Below are positions 1-9,372 of a stretch of 64,000 nucleotides of DNA, piece after piece. The DNA lies in NCBI GenBank assembly GCA_944392785.1, contig CALXXW010000024.1:9744-73743 (forward strand). Reading direction: 5' to 3'. Under the pieces are notes generated by a model. It was not told where the DNA came from. It did not search any database and saw only the letters and a program-made list of their open reading frames with translations. The number at the start of each line of letters is the position of its first letter. Position 1 is the first letter of the stretch. The stretch comes from an uncultured Alphaproteobacteria bacterium (lineage in GTDB: Bacteria > Pseudomonadota > Alphaproteobacteria > CAAHEQ01 > UBA3637). The position numbers and the translations under genes were made by a program.

Positions 1-394
1 TTATTTCCTGCCAACTGATTTGCGGCGTCTCAACCAACAGCAGCTGAGCAATAATATCTCCTCGGCGCAACACAAATTGTGCTGAAGAAATATTATGCAG
101 CAAAACAAATAAAGGAGCTCGATCCGCCGGATTGATGACATGAGGTGCATCGGACACAACCATCCCATGCTCTGCAGCAAGTGCCGGCCAACTGACAACC
201 AGGCCGCTGTATCCTAGCGGAATACCGACAGAGAAACCAACAGGGACACGCAAACGCTCACCTACATCAATTTTAATAGACTGAGAAATCGCGGCCGACA
301 AGCGTAATCCCGTATGATAAGGACTTTCATAAGTCGGCAGGCGAAAATCAACGCCATCGGCCGTTCGTTTAATCAGGATTTTCGGTCGTACCAT
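1..394 (-). CDS. dut: dUTP diphosphatase (dUTPase) homolog, 3' end runs off the window start. ATG at 394..392. Catalytic motifs appear substituted.
   Basis: Manual translation gives MVRPKILIKRTADGVDFRLPTYESPYHTGLRL...RGDIIAQLLLVETPQISWQEI. This is collinear with bacterial dUTPase (LP.Y....G.DL ... IPTG ... R.AQ). Motif I Asp, motif II RSG and motif III IDxDYRG are not conserved. The reading frame continues past position 1. Confidence 0.6.
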   Translation of the reverse strand, partial: MVRPKILIKRTADGVDFRLPTYESPYHTGLRLSAAISQSIKIDVGERLRVPVGFSVGIPLGYSGLVVSWPALAAEHGMVVSDAPHVINPADRAPLFVLLHNISSAQFVLRRGDIIAQLLLVETPQISWQEI

Positions 395-462
395 CTATTG
401 CCTCTTTATATTTTTTCTTTTATAGTGGCAAATTGTCCTCAGAAAGTCAAGGTAAAAAAATG

Positions 463-672
463 TCATCTCTTGATTTGTTTTTGCAACTCTTGAAGAATAA
501 AGACACGAAGGGCGCCGGATAAATTTCCTTGACGCGTAGCATCAACCTGAGCAACCAAGGCGGACATGGTGCATTGTTTTTCGATAGCGATTTGCCGCAG
601 AGCCTCCCAAAACTCATCCTCCAGAGATAGGCTGGTTGCATGTCCCATAATCATAAAAGAATGCTTTTTCAT
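463..672 (-). CDS. ribbon-helix-helix domain protein (RHH_4-like small DNA-binding protein)
   Basis: 69 aa with GHATSLSLEDEFWEALRQIAIEKQCTMSALVAQVD, which matches the conserved small RHH family common in alphaproteobacteria. Confidence 0.55.
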   Translation of the reverse strand: MKKHSFMIMGHATSLSLEDEFWEALRQIAIEKQCTMSALVAQVDATRQGNLSGALRVFILQELQKQIKR

Positions 673-677
673 AGAAA

Positions 678-1130
678 TTACCGACGCCTCAAGCTTTCTA
701 AATCTATCACCTTACTTGACATATCCGAACAAGAAGGCGGAATCTCTTTTTCCGTCTGAGGCTTTTCCGGGATTAAGGTCAACCCGAAATTCGCCGCAGG
801 ATCCGCAAAAAACTTGAGCGCCGTAAAGGGAATGTGTATCGTTGCCGCAACACCGCCAAAGGCCAAATCAACCTCAAAAAATAAAGTATCCACCAGCAAA
901 TTCGAAAATTGATTTTGTAAAATAATACTCATCTCTTGCGGATATTTGGCTCGAACAAAATCCGGAATTTTTACATCGGCCCGATTCGTCTCAAAAGTCA
1001 TATAGTAATATGAATCTCCGCTTAACCCTTTTTCTGCAACATCGGTTAAGATATCATGCACGGCGCATCGTAAAGCTTTTTGTAAATAAGGCGCATAATC
1101 CATCTTTTGTATTCTCCGCTGGGGTATCAA
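678..1130 (-). CDS. sspB: ClpXP adaptor SspB (alphaproteobacterial type)
   Basis: YYYMTFETNRADVKIPDFVRAKYPQEMSIILQNQF...FEVDLAFGGVAATIHIPFTAL closely resembles Caulobacter SspB-alpha (HFYVTF..VMPDHLRARYPEEITIVLQHQY..FEVGLTFGG). The start may instead be the internal Met at ~1103. Confidence 0.7.
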   Translation of the reverse strand: MIPQRRIQKMDYAPYLQKALRCAVHDILTDVAEKGLSGDSYYYMTFETNRADVKIPDFVRAKYPQEMSIILQNQFSNLLVDTLFFEVDLAFGGVAATIHIPFTALKFFADPAANFGLTLIPEKPQTEKEIPPSCSDMSSKVIDLESLRRR

Positions 1131-1596
1131 AAGCCCCCGTGTTCTGTTGCTAGGCCCCGGGGAAACCCCACCCGAACGCTCAAAAAATGTTCGGGGATTG
1201 ATTGGTCATTTCAGACGCTTAATACTAAGCGGCCAAAGCGACCGGAGCAAAATTATCATTTGCATTTATTTTTTTTAGCGCGATAACGGTGCTACCATGC
1301 CGGATACAAGAGAAAACCTTTACTATGCGTGTCGATCCTGTTTCACCCCCGAAGGCTTTTTTGGTGGAGGTGTCGGGTACCGCCCCCGAGTCCACTACAT
1401 CTATTCCGCTTTTCGTTTAGCATCATAGTCAGCTTGAAACTGACAGAATCATTATATCAGAGCTTTCCTCAAAAGGCAAGAGAAAAATCTTTCAAAACAC
1501 AAGACCATGGGAGAGTGACTGTCAACAAGACAGAAAGAAATCCGTCTTAGTTCTCCCTTTGAACATGGCCGCTGTCACATCAAGCCAATAAGTCTT

Positions 1597-4233
1597 TTAT
1601 ACCAGCTTACCACAGCAATGTTTATACTTCTTACCGGAGCCACAGGGGCAAGGGGCATTACGTGCAATTTTATCATCCGGTTCGGCTACAGACGTGCTGG
1701 GCGCATCAGCCGGGTAAGCTGCCGGTCTATTTTGAGTCGCGTTCACCGCTGGCGTTGCCTGTTGAATTTGGAATTCCATAAAACTGACGCGACGTGTTAT
1801 CCTCTCTCGCACACGCGTTAAAAAGTTTTCGAACAAATGGAAAGCTTCTTGCTTATAGGCATTCAACGGATTTTGTTGGCTATAGAAACGCAACCCGATA
1901 GAAGTTTGCAAAAAATCCAACATTTGCAAATGCTCTTTCCAACTTTGATCGATGACTTGTATCAGTATGCTTTTTTGCACGTCATTTTTAATGTTTTCCG
2001 GCATAATAGAAAACTTTTCTCGGATACTTTCTGCCGATTTTTCTTTCAAACGCTCCACCATTTTTTCTGGTGTTATCCCAGGTTCTCCTACCCATGAAGA
2101 AAAGGGAATATCTAAATTCAACAGCGCAAAAGTCTCACGTCTCAAGGCCTCGGCATCCCAATCTTCGGGAACCGATTTCATCGGTGCCAAGGTATAAACC
2201 AAATTTTCAAGGCAATCTACCCGCATATCCTCAATTGTATCCGCCACAGAGTCTGCCATCATCAATTCACGTCTTTGCTCATAAATGACTTTACGTTGAT
2301 CATTCATCACATCATCGTATTGCAACACATTTTTCCGTTGGTCAAAATGGAAAGCTTCAACCTTTTGTTGCGCTTTAGCGATGGCCTTGGTTATCCAAGG
2401 GCTAACAATGGCCTGTCCATTGGGCATCCCCATGGATTTTAAGATATTACTAATCCGCTCTGTCCCAAAAATACGCATTAAATTATCCTGAAGAGACACA
2501 AAAAATTTCGATAATCCCGGATCTCCTTGTCGACCCGAACGTCCGCGAAGCTGATTATCAATCCGTCGACTCTCGTGGCGTTCTGATCCCAGAACATACA
2601 ATCCTCCCGCAGCCAGAGCAACCTCTCGTCCCTTTTCGATTTCGGCCTTAATTTTAGCTGCCAATTCGGCTTCATCCGCATCAGGATTTTTGGCTTTTTC
2701 TTCCTTAAAACGCATTTCAAAATTACCGCCCAGCTGAATATCTGTACCGCGACCGGCCATATTCGTTGCAATGGTCACGGCGCCGGGCACACCGGCTTGC
2801 GCAACGATTTGAGCTTCTTGTTCATGATGGCGCGCATTCAATACATTGAAGGGTATATCGCTCTTCTTTTTCAACAGATTCGCCAACAACTCTGACTTCT
2901 CGATAGAGGTTGTTCCCACCAAAATCGGTTGATGCCGCTTATGTGCCAAAATAATTTCATCCACAATGGCATTGTATTTTTCCTCATCTGTACGATAGAC
3001 GACATCTTGCTCATCAATACGACCTGAAGGTTTGTTGGGTGGAATGGCAATAACATCCAAATGATATGTGCTGTCAAACTCATTCGCCTCCGTCATCGCC
3101 GTTCCGGTCATCCCTGCCAACTTGGGATACAACCGAAAATAATTCTGGAAAGTGATGGAAGCCAACGTTTGATTTTCCGGCTTAATCTCGACACCTTCTT
3201 TAGCCTCCAGAGCTTGATGCAAACCGTTGGAATAACGACGACCATTCATGATACGTCCCGTAAACTCGTCAATAATCATGACCTCTCCGTTTTTCACGAT
3301 ATAGGCGACATCTTTTTCAAACAGCGTATGAGCCCGTAAGGCTTGCTCCACATGGTGCACATAAGCCAAATTTTGGACATCATATAAAGAACCTTCAATC
3401 ATCCCGGCATCACGCAACATATTTTCGACGAATTCCGTTCCGGCCTCTGTTAATTGGACCGAGCGGTGTTTTTCGTCTTTTTCATAATGCTCGGGCTTTA
3501 AATGCCGCATCAGCTTATCGACGGCAATATATCTCTCGGAAGAATCTTCCGCCTGTCCGGAAATAATAAGAGGTGTTCGTGCTTCATCAATTAAAATAGA
3601 GTCAACCTCATCCACAATAGCATAGTTAAAAGGACGTTGAACCATATCAGCCAACGTAAACCGCATATTATCTCGCAAATAGTCAAACCCTAACTGATTA
3701 TTTGTGGCATAAGTAATGTCGGCCCGATACGCCGCGCGACGTTCATCATCATTTAATCCATCGACAACACACGCAACGGAAAGCCCCAAAAAGCGATAAA
3801 TTTTACCCATCCATTCACTATCACGTTTGGCCAAATAATCATTCACCGTCACCACATGAACACCCTTTCCCGACAAGGCATTTAAATAAGTCGGCAACGT
3901 AGCCACCAGCGTTTTTCCTTCACCCGTGCGCATTTCGGCAATTTTTGCATTGTGCAGAACAATACCGCCCAACAGTTGCACATCAAAAGGGCGTAAGCCT
4001 AATGTACGCCGAGCTCCCTCACGCACAACGGCAAAAGCCTCAACCAACAAGTCGTCCAATGTCTCACCGGCCTGATAGCGTTTTTTGAACTCTTCGGTTT
4101 TCGCCCGTAGTGCGGCATCGTCAAGTGCCGACATTTCTGGCTCAAGCGCATTAATAGCAGCGATTGTCTTATTAAATTTTCTTAAATAACGGTCATTAGC
4201 CGAGCGGAACAAATTTGTTAATTTCATTATCAT
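1597..4233 (-). CDS. secA: preprotein translocase ATPase SecA
   Basis: 878 aa, Walker A GEGKT, DEAD-like motifs, and the C-terminal zinc-binding tail [14 protein letters not shown]. Start ATG and TAA stop verified by hand. Confidence 0.97.
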   Translation of the reverse strand: MIMKLTNLFRSANDRYLRKFNKTIAAINALEPEMSALDDAALRAKTEEFKKRYQAGETLDDLLVEAFAVVREGARRTLGLRPFDVQLLGGIVLHNAKIAEMRTGEGKTLVATLPTYLNALSGKGVHVVTVNDYLAKRDSEWMGKIYRFLGLSVACVVDGLNDDERRAAYRADITYATNNQLGFDYLRDNMRFTLADMVQRPFNYAIVDEVDSILIDEARTPLIISGQAEDSSERYIAVDKLMRHLKPEHYEKDEKHRSVQLTEAGTEFVENMLRDAGMIEGSLYDVQNLAYVHHVEQALRAHTLFEKDVAYIVKNGEVMIIDEFTGRIMNGRRYSNGLHQALEAKEGVEIKPENQTLASITFQNYFRLYPKLAGMTGTAMTEANEFDSTYHLDVIAIPPNKPSGRIDEQDVVYRTDEEKYNAIVDEIILAHKRHQPILVGTTSIEKSELLANLLKKKSDIPFNVLNARHHEQEAQIVAQAGVPGAVTIATNMAGRGTDIQLGGNFEMRFKEEKAKNPDADEAELAAKIKAEIEKGREVALAAGGLYVLGSERHESRRIDNQLRGRSGRQGDPGLSKFFVSLQDNLMRIFGTERISNILKSMGMPNGQAIVSPWITKAIAKAQQKVEAFHFDQRKNVLQYDDVMNDQRKVIYEQRRELMMADSVADTIEDMRVDCLENLVYTLAPMKSVPEDWDAEALRRETFALLNLDIPFSSWVGEPGITPEKMVERLKEKSAESIREKFSIMPENIKNDVQKSILIQVIDQSWKEHLQMLDFLQTSIGLRFYSQQNPLNAYKQEAFHLFENFLTRVRERITRRVSFMEFQIQQATPAVNATQNRPAAYPADAPSTSVAEPDDKIARNAPCPCGSGKKYKHCCGKLV

Positions 4234-4307
4234 CCTTACACATTTTTGTGGTTAAAATCATATGTTATCACATAGTCTATTTTCTTTAAAAAGTCAAGAA
4301 AAAGCGC

Positions 4308-5039
4308 TTATTTTTCTATCAAACGTGTCATATCGGCCAACGCTTCGGATTTGGGAGCATAAAAAAGCAGAGGCTGTTGGGCACGAATAGCGTCTTTAAC
4401 CAAGGTATCTCGACGAATAATCGCCTGCAAAGGCGGTGTTTTTTTTAAGAAACTTTCACAAGCCTTCATCAAAGTTGTATACGTGCGCTCTCCCTCTTTT
4501 TCGGAAGCTGCCGCATTCACCAGAATCGACAGCGGGATTTTGTTCTCCAACGTCTCAATTAACGCATAGGCTCCGGCCAAAGCGGTCGGTTCATCAGCCG
4601 TCAAGACAAAAGCTTCTGTCAAATGAGGCATCATAAGTTTCAAAAACCCATCCACACCGGCCGCAAAATCAATCATAACGATGTCATAATGCGTTGCTAA
4701 AATACTTAAATCATCGGCTAACATCTGTTGTTGTCCCTCTGTCAAAGCCCCCAAAACCAAACTTCCGGAACGACCGGCAATGACATCCAAAGGAAGATGC
4801 TCAACCGAACTGACCGCCTGTGTCATGGGACATTTACCAACTAAGATGTCCGCTATATCCACGCGAGGGACCATTCCCAGTTGAACGTCTACATTCGCTT
4901 GCCCGAAAGAACCGTCAAACAACAGCGTTTTATACCCCGCTGATGCAAAAAGCGTCGCTAAAGTGACCGCAACGGTTGTTCGACCGACGCCACCTTTCCC
5001 CGAAACAAGACCGATTATACGAGGGGAAACATGTGTCAT
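4308..5039 (-). CDS. flhG: MinD/ParA-family flagellar number regulator FlhG (FleN). The P-loop Lys is replaced by Arg.
   Basis: Deviant Walker A SGKGGVGRTT (canonical GKGGVGKT), a MinD-like fold, and a 4-nt overlap with the upstream flhF. Confidence 0.75.
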   Translation of the reverse strand: MTHVSPRIIGLVSGKGGVGRTTVAVTLATLFASAGYKTLLFDGSFGQANVDVQLGMVPRVDIADILVGKCPMTQAVSSVEHLPLDVIAGRSGSLVLGALTEGQQQMLADDLSILATHYDIVMIDFAAGVDGFLKLMMPHLTEAFVLTADEPTALAGAYALIETLENKIPLSILVNAAASEKEGERTYTTLMKACESFLKKTPPLQAIIRRDTLVKDAIRAQQPLLFYAPKSEALADMTRLIEK

Positions 5040-5986
5040 TTTAAGCCTCCTTTCAAAAGCAAGGGTTGTCGCATACGATCAGACAAGCTTTCGGCCGTTA
5101 GCGATATCAAAGGAACGGTTTCCATCGCATCTGTCATCAAAGCGGCCAGCGGTATCTGTAATCGATAAGCTATATTCAGCAAACAACCCAAACGATGGAA
5201 AGAATCCGCAAACGTGCCTATTAATACGGTTTGTCGAAACACCAAAAAAGGCTTGACCTGAGCCAAAGCTTCTGATGCATTAAGCCCCAACGAAACCGTC
5301 AACTCAGCCACAGCATCCGATAGATTTGCTGCCAGTTCATGCCAAGTTGTCAATGCTGTCTTTTCTTTTCCTAACTGTCCTGTTGTATCAACATAAATGC
5401 GCCTGTCCGGTGAAATACGCCGCACCAAAAACGATACCTCTGCCGCCGTTTCTGCCGTCAACACCGGCACTTTCAACAAACTGCAAAAAGCCGTCAAATG
5501 TTCCACCGAACCGGGGCGTTTATCTAGCGTAATAACCGTCGCCGGCTTCTTGGCCAATGTATCGGCAACAACCTGTTTTAACAAAGCTGTTGTCTTACCG
5601 CTGGCCGGAGGCCCCATCAAAAAACGGATACGTTCTAACGGTTGTGTAAAGGTCAACAACTGCTCCCAAGCGCTTGCCAGCACATCTTCTGTCGGAAGTT
5701 GAAATCCCTGTTGAAGTCGATGAAGAACATGGCGTGTCAAACTTTCCGATACGCCATGTCGTTTGAGTAAAAGTTGAATAACGGTATTTTGGTTCGGTGT
5801 TTCCTGTCGTCCCAATGCTTTTTTTAAATCCATATCCGATGTCGCATACGGTAAAGCCCCTATCAAACGAATGCGCCCATCGGGCTGACGTTGTGAAGAA
5901 ATAATCACAGCCGCGGCTCCCAACGAGTTGTGGATTAAATCCATCGCTTCAGGAATAGAGGCCGAAACAACCGTTTTCATTCGCAT
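5036..5986 (-). CDS. flhF: flagellar biosynthesis SRP-like GTPase FlhF. The start is set at Met50 of the tracked ORF so that it does not overlap the upstream gene.
   Basis: G1 LMGPPASGKTT, G3 VDTTGQ, and the position between fliF/G and flhG. An SD-like AAGGG lies upstream of the ATG at 5986..5984. Confidence 0.7.
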   Translation of the reverse strand: MRMKTVVSASIPEAMDLIHNSLGAAAVIISSQRQPDGRIRLIGALPYATSDMDLKKALGRQETPNQNTVIQLLLKRHGVSESLTRHVLHRLQQGFQLPTEDVLASAWEQLLTFTQPLERIRFLMGPPASGKTTALLKQVVADTLAKKPATVITLDKRPGSVEHLTAFCSLLKVPVLTAETAAEVSFLVRRISPDRRIYVDTTGQLGKEKTALTTWHELAANLSDAVAELTVSLGLNASEALAQVKPFLVFRQTVLIGTFADSFHRLGCLLNIAYRLQIPLAALMTDAMETVPLISLTAESLSDRMRQPLLLKGGLK

Positions 5987-5991
5987 ATTCA

Positions 5992-7929
5992 CTACCCTTT
6001 TGTCGCAAATGGCGATATTTTTTTGTGATAAATCAATTCTTGCGCCGTTTTGGTAATGGTTGTTTGTGCTCGTTCGATATCGCTCAGACGCGGAGCGCGC
6101 ATTCGTTCCGATTCGCGTATCAAACCGGCCCATACCTGAGGCGGCATATTACGCGCGAAGGCATCACGTATCGCCGTTGTTGCCCCCCGCAAAGCCAAAG
6201 CCGCCATATCACGATTCGTGTGCCGTAAAACCGTCTGAATAGCACTATCCGGCCAGCGCGCAATATCATCAAAACAAATCATGTGATACGCTATTCGCTC
6301 GGCCGATTGAGGTGAGTCACGGTACATATCCGCCATCAATTTTTCTTCACTGGTATGATCCATGGTCCGCAAAATGTCAGAGGCTTTTTCACTACCGGAT
6401 TTAAACCGCGCCTGCAGCATCAATGTATGCAGCTGCTGTGTTAAATCTTGTTCTAATTTCAATCGTTCGGCCGCCGAGATATGCTCTAACTGAGCCAACG
6501 CCTCTAATACCTTAGCGGCTTTTCCGTCAGACAGCAAACTAAGCACTTTGGCAGCCTTGTCATTTGTTAGGTGGTAAAGTATCAAAGCGGTCGTTTCCGG
6601 TTTTTTAGCTTCCAGATAACGCGCCAAAATGGATACATCCAATCGTTGTAATCTTTCCCAAATACTTTCATCACGTCCGCTACATGCCACTTCCATCATC
6701 ATGGCGGCACTTTTTTCCGGTGAGAATACATCTGACAAAACCTGTCGCACACGCGCCTCTGTTCCAAACAAAGCAACAGGCTCTTTAACGGAGCGAATAA
6801 ATGCGCTCAAGACAGAGCGAACACTCTCTGCCGGAACGGCACCCAGTTGGCTCATTAAACGTGACAACGTCCGCACTTCCATTTCGCTGAGACGATGGAA
6901 TATATCACGAATGGTCGTCTCCCCCAAAGCCAGCAATAAAATAGCGGCTTTTTGTTGAGCCGTATACTCTCCGTTGCGGTGGTTTTTGGGGCTGGGTTCA
7001 TATAACCAGTTTTTCAAAAGGGAAAGCGCGGTCTCCGGTTTTTCTCGAAAAAAGCGTTGGATAGCCAGAATATCAGAGGCACTCGGCGTCCGAGCCGACG
7101 AAAACCCGCCGCGTTCTGTGCCCTTCTCAAGCGGCTGAAGCAACGATGCCATCATCGGAAAAATAAAGTGAATCAGCAAAAAAAACGTCAACAACAAACA
7201 GGCGCCCAACAGCACAAAGCGCACCGCCATTTCAACAGACACGGTACGCCAAAAGGAAGGGGGTGCCGCAAAAGGCATATTCTGAATACTTAATGTATCT
7301 CCACGCTCCGGAGAAAAACCGATTAACGCCTCAACCAACTGACGATAGCGTTGCATTTCGGCCGCACCGCGGGGTTGATAAACATAATCTCCGGTTCCTG
7401 TCTTTTTTTGAATACCGTCAATCAAAATACTAACGGATAATCGTTTAACGGCTCCCGAGATGGAAGTCGTTTCTTCGGAGCGTGATGCAACATCATAAGA
7501 GGTTTCCTCTTCTTTTACAACCGACTCATCCACATAAGCCGGTTGTTCCTGCTGACGCATCACCTGACGAACAGCGACTTGCGTGTCGGCCAGTGGCTCT
7601 CGTTTTTGGCGTGTTTCCTGTTGCAAATCCAGCTCTACCTGCACGGTTGCTTCCACATGTCCCTTTCCCAGCGTTTTTTCCAACAAAGCGATGATTTGGG
7701 TCTGAAGGGTATCGGCATAGCGTTGTTGTAATAAAGCATGTTCGGAAAATGAACCGTTTTCCAAGTGCGATAAAGAGGCCGTTTCATTCCAAGAAGCACG
7801 GGGGGTCACATCTGATAAACGCACAAAAGCCGGCACAACATATCCGGCAACGCCCAACAGCGTGGCGGATAGTATCACGACAGCTAATAATCGTATCAAC
7901 TCAGAAGTTTTTATCACGCAATGATACAC
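5992..7929 (-). CDS. fliF: flagellar MS-ring/C-ring fusion protein: a shortened FliF (TM1, RBM3-like periplasmic part, TM2) fused to a full FliG-like domain
   Basis: TM at the N-terminus. A FliF ring-building motif region (ATVQVELDLQQETRQ ... KRLSVSILIDG ... FSPERGDTLSIQN) is followed by a second TM (VRFVLLGACLLLTFFLLIHFIF). Next come ~370 aa with FliG N/M/C-like armadillo segments (QKAAILLLALGETTIRDIFHRLSEMEVRTLSRLM; ALILYHLTNDKAAKVL; C-terminal torque-helix-like region). It is a single uninterrupted ORF with a GTG start directly after an in-frame stop. Confidence 0.7.
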   Translation of the reverse strand: MYHCVIKTSELIRLLAVVILSATLLGVAGYVVPAFVRLSDVTPRASWNETASLSHLENGSFSEHALLQQRYADTLQTQIIALLEKTLGKGHVEATVQVELDLQQETRQKREPLADTQVAVRQVMRQQEQPAYVDESVVKEEETSYDVASRSEETTSISGAVKRLSVSILIDGIQKKTGTGDYVYQPRGAAEMQRYRQLVEALIGFSPERGDTLSIQNMPFAAPPSFWRTVSVEMAVRFVLLGACLLLTFFLLIHFIFPMMASLLQPLEKGTERGGFSSARTPSASDILAIQRFFREKPETALSLLKNWLYEPSPKNHRNGEYTAQQKAAILLLALGETTIRDIFHRLSEMEVRTLSRLMSQLGAVPAESVRSVLSAFIRSVKEPVALFGTEARVRQVLSDVFSPEKSAAMMMEVACSGRDESIWERLQRLDVSILARYLEAKKPETTALILYHLTNDKAAKVLSLLSDGKAAKVLEALAQLEHISAAERLKLEQDLTQQLHTLMLQARFKSGSEKASDILRTMDHTSEEKLMADMYRDSPQSAERIAYHMICFDDIARWPDSAIQTVLRHTNRDMAALALRGATTAIRDAFARNMPPQVWAGLIRESERMRAPRLSDIERAQTTITKTAQELIYHKKISPFATKG

Positions 7930-8000
7930 CTTTTATCTTTCTTAGACCCCACAAAAGATAATATGCCAGACAAAACATTAAAGAAGTGTTAACAAGTTAT

Positions 8001-8297
8001 TTATTTTTTTATCTTTTGAATGACAAGGCGTTGATGAATAACACCGTCTTTAGGATCCCATGCTAATAGCAAGTGATCTGCCTCGGGCGTTTTTACGGCA
8101 AGGCATAAAAAATCACCACAAGAAACCATATTTTCCAAATGTCCCGACACTTTGGGCTGTAATGTTTGAGATGACGATGTTTGCAACTTGCTTTTTTGAA
8201 TACGTTCTGTTATGATAAGCCCCAGTCCGGCAAACCCGGCCAGCAGCATCAAACCAAAAAGAAATGTTAACCATTTTAAAACGACAACAGATTTCAT
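8001..8297 (-). CDS. small membrane protein (98 aa, one N-terminal TM), possibly flagellum-associated or a split-off FliF N-terminal piece
   Basis: MKSVVVLKWLTFLFGLMLLAGFAGLGLII then a ~70 aa soluble part, with a GGGAG SD 5 nt upstream. It lies immediately upstream of fliF/G on the same strand, and only 35 bp separate it from the divergent rluD start. Confidence 0.35.
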   Translation of the reverse strand: MKSVVVLKWLTFLFGLMLLAGFAGLGLIITERIQKSKLQTSSSQTLQPKVSGHLENMVSCGDFLCLAVKTPEADHLLLAWDPKDGVIHQRLVIQKIKK

Positions 8298-8331
8298 GAA
8301 AACTCCCGGAATAAAAGAGGTAAATAAAAAC

Positions 8332-9372
8332 ATGACAGATACACAAGATGACGACATCTTAGAGGGGGAAGTATATCAGAATACAGAGGTCCTTGTCACG
8401 CCAAAAGTACCTGAGACACAAAAAAACTTGCGTCTGGATAAATTTTTAGTCAGTTGCTATCCTCAGTTTTCTCGTAATCAAATGATCCGTCTCATCAAAG
8501 AAGGGGCTGTGTCCGTTGAAGACTGTCCGAGCCGAACTCTTGCTCCCGATGATGAGGTGAAAGTCGGAGAACATTTTAAGATAATCCCCCCCGAGGCCAC
8601 TCCGGCAGATCCCGTTCCGGAAAACATACCTCTGGATATTCTCTATGAGGATAAAGATCTACTGGTCGTCAATAAACCGGCCGGATTAGTTGTTCATCCC
8701 GGTGCCGGGAATACACACGGAACATTGGTTAATGCTCTGTTGGCTCATTGCGGAGATTCGTTATCCGGCATTGGCGGCGTCCGACGTCCCGGTATTGTGC
8801 ATCGCATTGACAAAGATACCAGCGGTATTTTAGTCGTTGCCAAAAATGACTGGGCGCATCGCCACTTGGCAGAACAATTTGCCGAACACACGATTGAACG
8901 CGTCTACCAGGCTTTTGTATGGGGTTTTGTTAAAAACACGACCGGTGTCATCAGTGGTTATATCGGTCGATCGCCGACAAATCGCCAAAAGATGGCTGTT
9001 GTCAAAACGAACGGGAAACATGCCACAACACATTATGAACGCCTGGAGGTCTTTGGAGGGGGCCTTGCTTCTCACATTCAATGTACGTTAGAGACGGGAC
9101 GCACACATCAAATTCGCGTACACATGGCATCTATCGGACATTCTTTAATCGGTGATACGGTTTACGGTATCGTCCCCTACCATGCTCCGGAGGCATTGAA
9201 ATTCTTTCCCAGACAGGCTTTACATGCCGGCTTTTTAGGGTTCATTCATCCGACGACGGAAGAACGTATGACTTTTGAAGTGCCGTTGCCTGAAGATATG
9301 CAGACTCTGTTGAATAACCTAAGATCGCTTTCGTGTGTCGATCAGACGGATCACTTTACGCATCAAGGTTGA
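8332..9372 (+). CDS. rluD: 23S rRNA pseudouridine synthase, RluA family (RluD/RluC-like) with N-terminal S4 domain
   Basis: S4-like LDKFLVSCYPQFSRNQMIRLIKEGAV, and the catalytic HRIDKDTSG motif within VNKPAGLVVHPGAG...GIVHRIDKDTSGILVVAK. AAGAGG SD before the ATG at 8332. Confidence 0.85.
   Translation: MTDTQDDDILEGEVYQNTEVLVTPKVPETQKNLRLDKFLVSCYPQFSRNQMIRLIKEGAVSVEDCPSRTLAPDDEVKVGEHFKIIPPEATPADPVPENIPLDILYEDKDLLVVNKPAGLVVHPGAGNTHGTLVNALLAHCGDSLSGIGGVRRPGIVHRIDKDTSGILVVAKNDWAHRHLAEQFAEHTIERVYQAFVWGFVKNTTGVISGYIGRSPTNRQKMAVVKTNGKHATTHYERLEVFGGGLASHIQCTLETGRTHQIRVHMASIGHSLIGDTVYGIVPYHAPEALKFFPRQALHAGFLGFIHPTTEERMTFEVPLPEDMQTLLNNLRSLSCVDQTDHFTHQG

Noticed and set aside
1618-4233. Plus-strand ORFs of 67-97 aa inside secA, and similar small antisense ORFs inside adhE, fliF/G, rnr, murJ and ctpA
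   Set aside because: They lie entirely within strongly supported long genes on the opposite strand. They have no RBS and no homology.
5987-6133. FlhF N-terminal extension overlapping the 3' end of fliF/G by 142 nt
   Set aside because: The ORF track takes the first in-frame start. An internal ATG at 5986 with an upstream AAGGG gives a conventional non-overlapping FlhF.
8212-8331. N-terminal 40-codon extension of the rluD ORF as drawn by the ORF track
   Set aside because: The extension overlaps the divergently oriented small membrane ORF and lacks an SD. The ATG at 8332 has a good AAGAGG SD and gives a normal RluD length.
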